DNA from: Deltaproteobacteria bacterium
GTDB lineage: Bacteria; Desulfobacterota; Syntrophia; Syntrophales; UBA2210
Assembly (NCBI GenBank): GCA_026388515.1
Contig: JAPLJO010000167.1
Coordinates: forward strand, 1 to 54,407
DNA: 54,407 nt
Direction: 5' to 3'
Shown here piece by piece: positions 38,763 through 47,354 of this stretch (positions within the stretch are counted from its first letter, which is position 1; each line of letters opens with the position of its first letter). The notes beneath the pieces were generated by a model. That model was not told the DNA's origin. It was given only the letters and a program-made list of their open reading frames with translations, and did not search any database. A program made the position numbers and the translations under genes.

Positions 38763-40088
38763 GTGGATATGCATTCACCGACACTAAGCTCTGCAGTTGC
38801 GACGGGGGGCAGATTCCGCTGGTTCATTGTCGCATGGTTCTTTCTCATGCTTCTCATCGTGTATATGGACAGGGTGAACCTGGCCATGGCAGCGCCGCTG
38901 ATCATGAATGAATTTAACCTGAGGCCTTCCATGCTCGGCCTCGTGATGAGTGGCTTTACGATCGGATATACGATACTGCTCTTCCCCGGAGGATTCCTGG
39001 TTTCACGGTTTTCCGCCCGGAAGATCCTGGCGGCCATCATGGCGCTGCGATCAGCCGCAAGCGTTCTTACGGGATGTGCGTGGGGTTTTGTCAGCCTCAT
39101 GGTCTTCAGGATCGGCTTCGGGCTGGCGGAGGGTCCCATGCTGCCGGCCATCAATGCCACCGTCAACCACTGGATGCTCAATCGTGAAAAAGCCACCGCG
39201 GCGGCGCTCTACATCACGGCGCTGCCTCTGGGCATCATCTCTGGAAACATTGCAAGCGGCTATGCCATCAATGCGTTTGGCTGGCGATTCATGTTTTATG
39301 TGTTCGGCGCACTCGGTCTTGCAGCGGGGGGCCTGGGCTGGATCATCATTCGGGACACACCGGCGGAACATCCTGCAATCTCGCGCCGGGAACTGGAGCG
39401 CATCGAAGCGGACTATCATCCCGCGGTCGACGGGTCGCCCGGCGGCTCCACGTTTCGCCAGTTGATGAAAGATCCCTGGTTATGGGTCAATGCCGCCTAC
39501 AACTTTTTCTACAGCTTTCCCTTCTGGGCCAATCTGCACTGGCTGCCGACCTATTTCGTGATGGCGAGGGGCACCTCTATTCTCAAGTCGGGATATCTTT
39601 CCTCCGTGCCGTGGATATCGGGTCTGCTGGGGCTCCTGGTGCTCGGCGCCCTGTCGGACAGAGTCGGGAGAAAATATCGCGGCAATTGGATGGCTGCCTG
39701 CCAGTTTTTATCCATCCCTTTTACGGCTTATGCGGTCGTGACCCCGTCGGTTATCATCAGCCTGGTATGCTTTTCCGTTTCTTTGTTTTTTGTCCTGGGC
39801 TCGATGAGCATAGGTACCGCCCTCATCTGGGAACTCTTCGACAGGGCCGACGTGGCCAAGGCCTACGGGCTGCTTGCGTCATGGATGACGGGGGCGGGTA
39901 TTCTCGCGCCCTATATTTTGGGCATCATCCTCGAGAAAACCAATTCATTCAATATGGCCTATTATATTTTTTCCTGCTGCGCATTTCTGGCAGGCTGCAC
40001 TGCGGTGGCACTGCATGTCAGGGAACGACGCGTCAGGGAAATGAGGATTCATCGAAGTCATGAAATGCAGACGGCTTCAGCTACGTAG
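38763..40088 (+). CDS. MFS transporter (anion:cation symporter family)
   Basis: YMDRVNL, RIGFGLAEGP, about 12 hydrophobic segments, GALSDRVGRK. Confidence 0.9.
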   Translation: MDMHSPTLSSAVATGGRFRWFIVAWFFLMLLIVYMDRVNLAMAAPLIMNEFNLRPSMLGLVMSGFTIGYTILLFPGGFLVSRFSARKILAAIMALRSAASVLTGCAWGFVSLMVFRIGFGLAEGPMLPAINATVNHWMLNREKATAAALYITALPLGIISGNIASGYAINAFGWRFMFYVFGALGLAAGGLGWIIIRDTPAEHPAISRRELERIEADYHPAVDGSPGGSTFRQLMKDPWLWVNAAYNFFYSFPFWANLHWLPTYFVMARGTSILKSGYLSSVPWISGLLGLLVLGALSDRVGRKYRGNWMAACQFLSIPFTAYAVVTPSVIISLVCFSVSLFFVLGSMSIGTALIWELFDRADVAKAYGLLASWMTGAGILAPYILGIILEKTNSFNMAYYIFSCCAFLAGCTAVALHVRERRVREMRIHRSHEMQTASAT

Positions 40089-40103
40089 CCGGGAAAGGAA
40101 GCC

Positions 40104-41510
40104 ATGAAAAAGAAAATTGACACCATTATTATCGGAGCCGGGATTGCCGGATTGGGAGTGGCAGCCATCCTGAGCAGGGAAGCTCACCAGAAAGTCCTCG
40201 TCATTGACCGTTTTCCAAAGTCCGGCGGACGCATGATGAGCTATGATGGATATCCGGCAAAAGGATGGCGCATTGAAATCGGCCTGCACATGATCGAGCT
40301 GGGTGAAAAATCTTCCTGCGATGCCCTCAACCGGCGAGTGGGGAAAACGGTATCATGGGGGCCGTTCAGCGATACAGTCGATATCTGGAACGGAGAGAAG
40401 TTTGTCAGCGTCGCCGACCTCGTTCCTATGAGCCGGGAGGACAAGGTTGCCTTCCGAAACCTTGTCCAGAAGATTGCCACCCTGAAAGATCATGAGATTG
40501 AGGCATGGGATAACCGCTCCCTTGAAGAATGGCTGGCAGAGCATGTCGAGCAGCCGCCGGTGCGGGAGCTCTTTACAGACCTGGGAATGATTATGACCAC
40601 CATTCCCCGGGCCATTGACATGGCAGCCGGGGAAGTCCTGTACATTGCCAGGGATAATTTGCTGAAGACGCAACAGGTCCTGCAGGCCAGCTTCCCTCTC
40701 GACGGCATGGAGGGGGTTACAAGGGGTCTCGCCGAAGTGGTCCGGGACGCAGGCGGAGAGATCCGGCTCAACTGCGACGTGCAGGAAGTCGTCATCAAGG
40801 ACGGCCGGGCCATCGGAGTCCGCATTCCCACCGGGCGCCATCCCTATGAAGAAGAGTATCGCATCCCGGAGACGGAAACCATTCATGCGGATCGTGTGGT
40901 GTGTGCTTTGCCGATCTATCAACTCCAGAAGCTCCTCGATTTCAACTCCGATACAAGCCCTCTCCCGCGGTGGTGGCGAAAGCGTATCACTGACATTCAG
41001 CATGAAGTGACCGGTCTTATCGGGTTCATGCTTGGCCTTTCGGAACCGGTCGTTGACCCGGCGAAGAAATGCTTCTTCTCTGCTTTGAAGACGCGGCATG
41101 CGGGTTTTCCTTTCCAGGGATTCCCGGCCTCCAATTTTACCGATCATGTCGCACCTCCGGGCAAACAGCTTCTTCATACGGACATCGTGGTCGAGCACGA
41201 AGAGGCCTCGGACAAATTCAAGCGGGAGAGACTCCTTGCCCTTCTATGGGAGGACCTCAAGGATATGTTCCCCGGCATTGAAGGCAAAATGGAATGGCGC
41301 CTGCCATACTATGTGGATGGGTGCGATGGTCTTGCCCGGCAACCGGGCCTGGTGGGCAATTTCAAACCGGGCCTGAAAGCTCCGGGCATTCCAAATCTTT
41401 ATTTTGCCGGCGATACGTATCTGGGCCGCGGTCTGGCCATCAACAGCGCCGCACTGAGTGGAATGAACTGCGCGGATCTCATCCTCGCAGAACTGAAAAA
41501 AAATAAATGA
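40104..41510 (+). CDS. Phytoene desaturase-family (COG1233) FAD oxidoreductase #3
   Basis: IIGAGIAGL, SGGR, EIGLH, APPGK, IPNLYFAGD...GLAINSA; closest to 23777-25159. Confidence 0.85.
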   Translation: MKKKIDTIIIGAGIAGLGVAAILSREAHQKVLVIDRFPKSGGRMMSYDGYPAKGWRIEIGLHMIELGEKSSCDALNRRVGKTVSWGPFSDTVDIWNGEKFVSVADLVPMSREDKVAFRNLVQKIATLKDHEIEAWDNRSLEEWLAEHVEQPPVRELFTDLGMIMTTIPRAIDMAAGEVLYIARDNLLKTQQVLQASFPLDGMEGVTRGLAEVVRDAGGEIRLNCDVQEVVIKDGRAIGVRIPTGRHPYEEEYRIPETETIHADRVVCALPIYQLQKLLDFNSDTSPLPRWWRKRITDIQHEVTGLIGFMLGLSEPVVDPAKKCFFSALKTRHAGFPFQGFPASNFTDHVAPPGKQLLHTDIVVEHEEASDKFKRERLLALLWEDLKDMFPGIEGKMEWRLPYYVDGCDGLARQPGLVGNFKPGLKAPGIPNLYFAGDTYLGRGLAINSAALSGMNCADLILAELKKNK

Positions 41511-41522
41511 AAGGAACGGGTC

Positions 41523-42377
41523 ATGATTAAGAAACTATGCGTTATCGGCGCAGGAACGATGGGAGCCGGCATCGCCCAGGTCGCTGCAGAAAACGGTATC
41601 GAAGTGGTCCTGCGGGATACGGAAGATGCGTTTGTTCAGCGGGGAGTCGGGATCATCAGGAATTTTATCGGCAAGAAACTTGAAAAGGGAAAGATTTCGC
41701 AGGATGCTCATGATCAGATAATCGGCCGTGTCCGGGGGACGACAAATCCGGAAGAGGGCTTTTCCGGCGTCGATATGGTCATCGAAGCTGTCTTCGAAAG
41801 CCTGCCTCTCAAGCAGAAGATCTTTGCGGAAGCCGACCGTCTCTGCAATCCCGGGGTCATTCTGGCATCCAACACATCGACCTTGAGTATTGCGAAGATC
41901 GCTTCGGAAACTGCAAAGCCCGAGAGGGTCATTGGAACCCATTTTTTCAGTCCCGTCCCTGTCATGCGCCTGGTGGAAGTCATCCGTGGAGATAAAACCG
42001 CCGATCGTGTTGTCACTGCCACCCTGGATTTCTGCAAAGCCATCGGGAAAACCCCCATCCTGGCGAAAGACATTCCCGGCTTCATCGTGAATCGTTTTCT
42101 ATGCCTTCTTTACAACGAGGCGGCCAACCAGATCCATCAGGGACTGGCCACTGCGGAAGACATAGACCTGGGCCTGAAACTTGGCTCCAACCATCCCATG
42201 GGACCGGTGGAGATCATGGACCTTGCCGGAGTGGACGTGGTCAACAATGCGCTGAAGGCCATGTATGAAATGACCGGCGAAGAGCGGTATAAGCCATCCC
42301 CGATTTTCGAGGAGATGATCCGGGCCAACCGTCTCGGCCGGAAAACCGGGCGCGGCTTCTATGAATATGCAAAGTAG
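41523..42377 (+). CDS. 3-hydroxyacyl(butyryl)-CoA dehydrogenase
   Basis: GAGTMGAG, EAVFE, ASNTS, HFFSP, PGFIVNR, HPMGP, LGRKTGRGFY. Confidence 0.92.
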   Translation: MIKKLCVIGAGTMGAGIAQVAAENGIEVVLRDTEDAFVQRGVGIIRNFIGKKLEKGKISQDAHDQIIGRVRGTTNPEEGFSGVDMVIEAVFESLPLKQKIFAEADRLCNPGVILASNTSTLSIAKIASETAKPERVIGTHFFSPVPVMRLVEVIRGDKTADRVVTATLDFCKAIGKTPILAKDIPGFIVNRFLCLLYNEAANQIHQGLATAEDIDLGLKLGSNHPMGPVEIMDLAGVDVVNNALKAMYEMTGEERYKPSPIFEEMIRANRLGRKTGRGFYEYAK

Positions 42378-42480
42378 GTAAGGCCGAAAAATTTCAGCAC
42401 CGTAAAACAATAAGGGGATAACGACGGGGTATCCGGGAGTTCCTTGTTGAGGATATCGATATTACCACATTATAAAACAC

Positions 42481-42512
42481 AAAAAGGCAGGGTCAAAACA
42501 GCCCTGCCTTCA
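42481..42512. terminator. Hairpin terminator after the large operon
   Basis: AAGGCAGGG-N9-CCCTGCCTT with an upstream A-tract. Confidence 0.5.
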
Positions 42513-42606
42513 TTATATTGATTTCCGATTAATGTTCCAATGAATTTCTTGACAGTGGATGAAAATGAATGGTAAACGGCTATACCCTGCAAGGGACTGT
42601 CGACAC

Positions 42607-42924
42607 ATGAGAACCCACAGTGGACGCAATCTAAATATCATCGTTGCCGCGTTATTCTTTTTTACGTCGCTGGGGCTGGCCATTCACCATGACGACCTTC
42701 CCTTCCAGTCAATTTCCTGTTCGACATGCAAGGTTAAAGGCGCGGCCACAGGTACGCCTCAGAAGATAAAAACGGATTTCAGCTTTTCAGTAACGGTTAA
42801 TCCGTCCCTTGTTGCAGAGGCATGCCTCGTTTATTCGGGCAGGGTCCCCGAGGCTGTCGTGTTCCACTCGTCATCAAATTATTTCTTTGCCTTCAACAAC
42901 AAAGCCCCTCCGATCCAGCTCTAA
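42607..42924 (+). CDS. DUF2946-like leader protein (signal/TM, HH, CxxC, C-terminal KAPP)
   Basis: IIVAALFFFTSLGLAIHHDD...CSTC...NKAPPIQL*; TTGACA at 42549 suggests a start downstream of the track's 42559. Confidence 0.55.
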   Translation: MRTHSGRNLNIIVAALFFFTSLGLAIHHDDLPFQSISCSTCKVKGAATGTPQKIKTDFSFSVTVNPSLVAEACLVYSGRVPEAVVFHSSSNYFFAFNNKAPPIQL

Positions 42925-43008
42925 TACCATCCTTTTTATATCGCATTCAATTAGAAGAGGGGATTTCTCAACGACTTGTTCGATTAAAGTGATGCAGGTA
43001 ACAAACGC

Positions 43009-43995
43009 ATGGATGTGCAGATAAGAAAAACCCGGGTTGCGCTTCTGTCAGTGATTTCCAATACGGTTCTCGTTGTGATGAAACTCGTCGTGGGAATCAT
43101 GATCAGCTCGGTTTCCGTCATCTCCGAGGCCATTCACTCCGGGATGGACCTGGTAGCGGCGCTCATCGCCTGGTTCTCCGTCAGGACATCCAGCAAGCCT
43201 GCCGATGACGATCATCCGTTCGGTTATGGGAAGATCGAAAATGTCTCGGGTACGGTTGAGGCACTGCTGATCTTTCTCGCCGCCGGATGGATCATCTATG
43301 AAGCCGTCAAGAAGTTTATCCATCCGGAGCCCATCGAAACGGCCTTTTGGGGCGTCGGGGTCATGCTCATCTCGGCCGTCACGAACATCATCGTTTCCCA
43401 TACGTTATTCAAAGTGGGCAGGGAAACGGACTCTGTAGCTCTCCAGGCCGATGCATGGCATTTAAGAACGGATGTCTATACCTCGGTCGGTGTCATGGCG
43501 GGCCTTGCGCTGATCTGGCTGGGGCAATGGATATTTCCAGGTTATGACCTTAACTGGCTGGATCCGGCCTGCGCCATTGCCGTTGCGCTCCTGATTATCA
43601 AGGCGGCATACGAATTGACGATACAATCCGCCCGGGATCTTCTTGATGCAAATCTTCCCGAGATAGAGGCAAACTGGATAAGGAATCTCATCGAATCCCA
43701 TTGCGAGGCTGTCAGGGGATATCACAATCTTCGAACGCGAAAAGCCGGACATTACAGGTTTGTAGAATTCCATATTCAGGTTGATCCTCAGATGACGGTC
43801 GATACTTCACATCAACTGACGCAGAAATTGAGCAGAAAAATCAAAGAGCATCTTCCTCATTCGACAGTGACGATTCATATTGAACCATGTAACGGGGAAT
43901 GCAATGAAAAATGCCTCGCCGGTTGCCTGCGATCGGAATTGGATCGTCGGAGAATCAAGAGTAACAAGAAACTACTATCTGACGCGGCGAATTAA
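43009..43995 (+). CDS. Cation diffusion facilitator (FieF-like) transporter
   Basis: EAIHSGMD, HPFGYGKIE, DAWHLRTD, HNLRTR, IHIEP; Cys-containing tail. Confidence 0.92.
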   Translation: MDVQIRKTRVALLSVISNTVLVVMKLVVGIMISSVSVISEAIHSGMDLVAALIAWFSVRTSSKPADDDHPFGYGKIENVSGTVEALLIFLAAGWIIYEAVKKFIHPEPIETAFWGVGVMLISAVTNIIVSHTLFKVGRETDSVALQADAWHLRTDVYTSVGVMAGLALIWLGQWIFPGYDLNWLDPACAIAVALLIIKAAYELTIQSARDLLDANLPEIEANWIRNLIESHCEAVRGYHNLRTRKAGHYRFVEFHIQVDPQMTVDTSHQLTQKLSRKIKEHLPHSTVTIHIEPCNGECNEKCLAGCLRSELDRRRIKSNKKLLSDAAN

Positions 43996-44141
43996 AAACA
44001 AGTATATATCACGCGGAGAAATATTCGGACTACGGCATGAAAGCGACCGCACATGATTAAAATGATATTTTCAAGAGAAGACCGATTAAACGAAGATTCA
44101 CGTGCGCGTCAGATTTATCACTACAATTAAAGGGGGAATAT

Positions 44142-44273
44142 ATGAAAGGAAATAAAGGTTTCACACTCGGTGAAATTGCCTACACAGGAAGAAATATTAT
44201 ATCCGCGACGTTTACTATAACAAGTGGAACGCAAACCAATCCTGCCACAATTTTATTGAGTATAACACCATGA
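44142..44273 (+). pseudogene. Type IV pilin-like relic (43 aa)
   Basis: GGGGG RBS; MKGNKG|FTLGE prepilin cleavage-like motif without the hydrophobic helix; followed by a hairpin with a T-tract. Confidence 0.45.
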
Positions 44274-44298
44274 AGAAGTTTGCAGCATTGAAAGAATG

Positions 44299-44331
44299 AA
44301 AGGGGGGTTATTTATATGAAGAACCCTTTTT
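44299..44331 (+). terminator. Intrinsic terminator-like hairpin
   Basis: AAAGGGGGGTT...AACCCTTTTT. Confidence 0.45.
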
Positions 44332-44361
44332 ATCAGGAAAATTAGAAATGAGGCGTGGATA

Positions 44362-45162
44362 ATGAGGACCAACTCGGTACAACTAAAAAAAATTGCCTAC
44401 CTATTCATTACTGTAATGCCCATAACAATCGGAGTAGGTATTCTGAAATTTATTTTCCATTATTTCGGCTGGGAACCGATCGGTTCAAGTCTTTTCCCCT
44501 TTCTGTCGAGTGCCTTTGCGGGCACATTTTTCATTCTCGGCTTCATGCTGGCAGGTGTGCTGTCGGATTTCAAGGAAAGTGAAAAATTTCCTTCGGACAT
44601 ACTCAGTTGCCTCTATGTTATTCAGCAGGAGGCAGAAATTCTCATTAAAAAGGGACTGTCTCAGGCCGCAGACATGCAATCAAAGTTATGCACGTTCATC
44701 GAAGTATTTAAACACAACTTTCTTGTCACGAAAAATGACCGAATTTTTGATCTTCTTGATTCATTTTCGGATGATTTTCTTTCAATGGATGAAAAAGGTG
44801 TTCCACCACCCTTCATGGCCCGACTCAGAAATGAACAGGCAAATCTTAAGAAAATCCTTGTGCGGATAAAAGTAATCCGTGACACAAGTTTCGCTCCCGG
44901 GGTGTATGCAGTAATAGAAGCCATGATTCTTTTTCTCACTATTTCACTTTTGCTGCTGAAATTTGAGTCCTTCGGTATCCTGGAGATGTCGTTTGTATGC
45001 CTATTTTTCTTTCTCCTCTTCTCAGTTTTCAGTCTTCTGAAAGATCTGGATGATCCTTTTGAATACCAGGAGGGAAAGGTACGGATCAATGAGATAAGTT
45101 TCGACGTACTGTTCGATTTCGGGGAACGAATCAAGAAAAGAATCGCTGATCGTCCACATTGA
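44362..45162 (+). CDS. Membrane protein, bestrophin/DUF4239-like
   Basis: Four hydrophobic segments; LGFMLAGVLSDFKESEK, LKDLDDPF. Confidence 0.7.
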   Translation: MRTNSVQLKKIAYLFITVMPITIGVGILKFIFHYFGWEPIGSSLFPFLSSAFAGTFFILGFMLAGVLSDFKESEKFPSDILSCLYVIQQEAEILIKKGLSQAADMQSKLCTFIEVFKHNFLVTKNDRIFDLLDSFSDDFLSMDEKGVPPPFMARLRNEQANLKKILVRIKVIRDTSFAPGVYAVIEAMILFLTISLLLLKFESFGILEMSFVCLFFFLLFSVFSLLKDLDDPFEYQEGKVRINEISFDVLFDFGERIKKRIADRPH

Positions 45163-45268
45163 AGCAAATTGCGAAAGCTTCTTTTGATGAAACCAAATAA
45201 ATATTACACAAAAATATATGAGGGTTTGGCTGATTTAAAATATTACAGTTTGTGGGAGTCGGGTCAGC

Positions 45269-45685
45269 CTACACGGAATATACCCTATTGATTCCTGTTA
45301 TAAATGAGTAAATAAACGCGTTGGGATGCCAGAACCATACGGGCGAACCGAGAAACACGAGCCGGTACTTCGACAGATCGATCTTCTGTGGTGTGATCTC
45401 CACAAATTCATTTCGCCTGGGGACTGAAATAATAGAGTCTTGCGAGCCTTCCGGGACATCGAGTCGGACATAGTCGGAGTTCATCTGCTCGGATATAAGC
45501 ATGCCCATGTGTGCCGTATTTCCAGAACGGGAATGAACAACCACAATACTGCCTGCATCAGGCCGGGTGATCGACATATCCGCCGGGGTGAGTTTTTGCA
45601 CCGGGCCGACACAACCCAGGAATAGTACGGTGAGCAGTAAAATCAGCCATGTCCTGCCTGCAGAAGTCGCCACGTTTGTTTTCAT
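45269..45685 (-). pseudogene. Flavodoxin-like lipoprotein, apparently C-terminally truncated
   Basis: Lipobox-like FLGC, VVHSRSGNT FMN loop, LVFLGSPVW; ends soon after, lacking the remaining flavodoxin strands. Confidence 0.55.
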
Positions 45686-45733
45686 GAGAGTATCCTTATC
45701 GTGTTTTGTTATATCATTTCCCGGCAGTCGCCT

Positions 45734-45784
45734 TTCGAAGAGGGCAAGCCCGAAGATGATGAGGAGAGCGGATGAGATATCCAT
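45734..45784 (-). pseudogene. 5' fragment resembling DUF475/TerC-type membrane protein N-termini
   Basis: MDISSALLIIFGLALFE, then diverges; preceded by an RBS and a strong promoter. Confidence 0.35.
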
Positions 45785-45851
45785 TTCAGCCTTCCCGATT
45801 TATGACAATTGAATTATTGATGTTGTTAAGAACTTACTTTGTCATGGAGGG

Positions 45852-45880
45852 AGTATAAGGAAAGCACCCTTGTGAGTCAA
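45852..45880 (-). promoter_or_regulatory. Sigma70 promoter
   Basis: Minus strand TTGACT-17 nt-TATACT. Confidence 0.6.
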
Positions 45881-46301
45881 TGGCATAGTAACCGGAAGAT
45901 GCAGGGCGGTGTATCAATGATCGTCTAGGAAACATGATCATTGAGGTTCGGTATCCATCCGGGAAAGGCAGGTCCATTGATTTCAGCAGCAAGACGATAA
46001 TTTAAATTGACTTAGGTCGGTCATCTCATTTAGACTTTCGCGCATCTCTGGGAAAGAGGACCATAGAATTTCGATCTCACCCCACTGTGGCGCCAGGAAG
46101 TGCGGATGGCTGATGTGACCGCCCGCGGCTGTGAAACTGTCAATGGGGGAAAATCAGTTCCTTCGATATGGAAATAGAGCTGTAACCCCCGCAAAGACAT
46201 GGCCCGTCGAGTTCGTCACCCATCGCTATCCGCTGTAAGAACATAACAAGGCTTTCAACACAATCCATCCAACCAACCTGCAGGATTAAAAGGAGTACAC
46301 C

Positions 46302-47141
46302 ATGCCCCTCAGCGAACAGGAAATTGCCGGGTTGCGGCAGCACGCGCGACAGCTCCGACAGGACATACTGGACGTGACGTTCTGGGCGGGAGGCGCCCAT
46401 ATTGGAGGAGCATTGAGCATCGTCGAAATCCTGGTGCTGCTCTATTACAAATACCTTTCCATCGATCCGAAGAATCCGGAGAAAGAGGACCGGGACCGGT
46501 TCATTCTCAGCAAGGGCCATGCGGGGGTGGGGTTCGCCGCCCTTCTGGCGCGGAAGGGATACTTCGATTTCGAGCTGCTGAAAGACTTCAACAAATTCAA
46601 TTCGCCCTTCGGCATGCACCTGGACAAACACAAAGTGCCCGGGCTGGATGCCTCGACGGGTTCCCTGGGTCACGGACTCCCCATGGCGGTGGGGCTTGCG
46701 CTCGGCGCCCGGCTGCAGAAGAGACAGTGGCTCACCTATTGTCTCCTGGGTGACGGCGAGTGCAACGAGGGGTCCATCTGGGAGGCGGCGATGGCGGCCG
46801 CCCATTACAAGCTCACAAATCTCATTACCTTCGTGGACCGCAACAGATTCTCGGTGGACGGCAATACCGAAGATGTCATGGCGCTCGAGCCGTTTGCCGA
46901 TAAGTGGCGTTCCTTCGGCTTCATCGTACACGAGGTGGACGGCCACAGCTACACCGAGCTTTCCCGTGCCATCGAGGCCGCGATGAAAGAGAAGGCGGCG
47001 CCGGTTCTGATAATGGCCCATACCGTGAAGGGTAAGGGAGTGGACTTTATGGAAGGCGATGTCCGGTGGCACTACGGGGGGCTCGATTCCGATACGCTGG
47101 CAAAGACGAAACAGTCCCTGGCGAGCACGGCAAAGGACTGA
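46302..47141 (+). CDS. Transketolase-like protein, N-terminal (ThDP-binding) subunit
   Basis: AHIGG, RDRFILSKGH, STGSLGHG, GDGECNEG...DRN, TVKGKG; AAGGAG RBS. Confidence 0.92.
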   Translation: MPLSEQEIAGLRQHARQLRQDILDVTFWAGGAHIGGALSIVEILVLLYYKYLSIDPKNPEKEDRDRFILSKGHAGVGFAALLARKGYFDFELLKDFNKFNSPFGMHLDKHKVPGLDASTGSLGHGLPMAVGLALGARLQKRQWLTYCLLGDGECNEGSIWEAAMAAAHYKLTNLITFVDRNRFSVDGNTEDVMALEPFADKWRSFGFIVHEVDGHSYTELSRAIEAAMKEKAAPVLIMAHTVKGKGVDFMEGDVRWHYGGLDSDTLAKTKQSLASTAKD

Positions 47142-47187
47142 TGCCCGCATGTGCCAAAACGCACCGGCATAGAAATAGCTATTAAAA

Positions 47188-47323
47188 ACGGTATAATAAT
47201 GTCCGCTTTTGGTCATTCCCCGACTCGATCGGGGAATTCAGAAAAGACTGGATTCCGGAGCCTGCCCCGTACCCGATACGGGGTCAAGCCCGGAATGACA
47301 CACAGAGGACATTAATTTACAGT
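47188..47323. mobile_element. MITE-like / REP composite element between the transketolase subunits
   Basis: Imperfect 17-bp terminal inverted repeats (ACGGTATAATAATGTCC / GGACATTAATTTACAGT) enclosing nested GTCATTCC...GGAATGAC hairpins. Confidence 0.55.
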
Positions 47324-47354
47324 CATCAATAATTTGTCGTGAGGGAGGTATAAG

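Noticed and set aside
23777-41510. Carotenoid biosynthesis cluster (CrtI/CrtC-like genes)
   Set aside because: No phytoene synthase or prenyltransferase; the context is entirely acyl-CoA catabolic
45785-45850. yybP-ykoY riboswitch upstream of the DUF475-like fragment
   Set aside because: The leader is short and AT-rich and lacks the conserved motif; only an ATGACAA/TTGTCAT inverted repeat is seen
45914-45944. 9-bp inverted repeat TCAATGATC...GATCATTGA between divergent promoters
   Set aside because: Single occurrence with no assignable regulator; could be chance
46140-46205. Possible c-di-GMP or TPP riboswitch upstream of the transketolase
   Set aside because: A GGGGG/CCCCC stem and GCAAA are present, but the conserved riboswitch cores could not be matched by eye; needs an Infernal search
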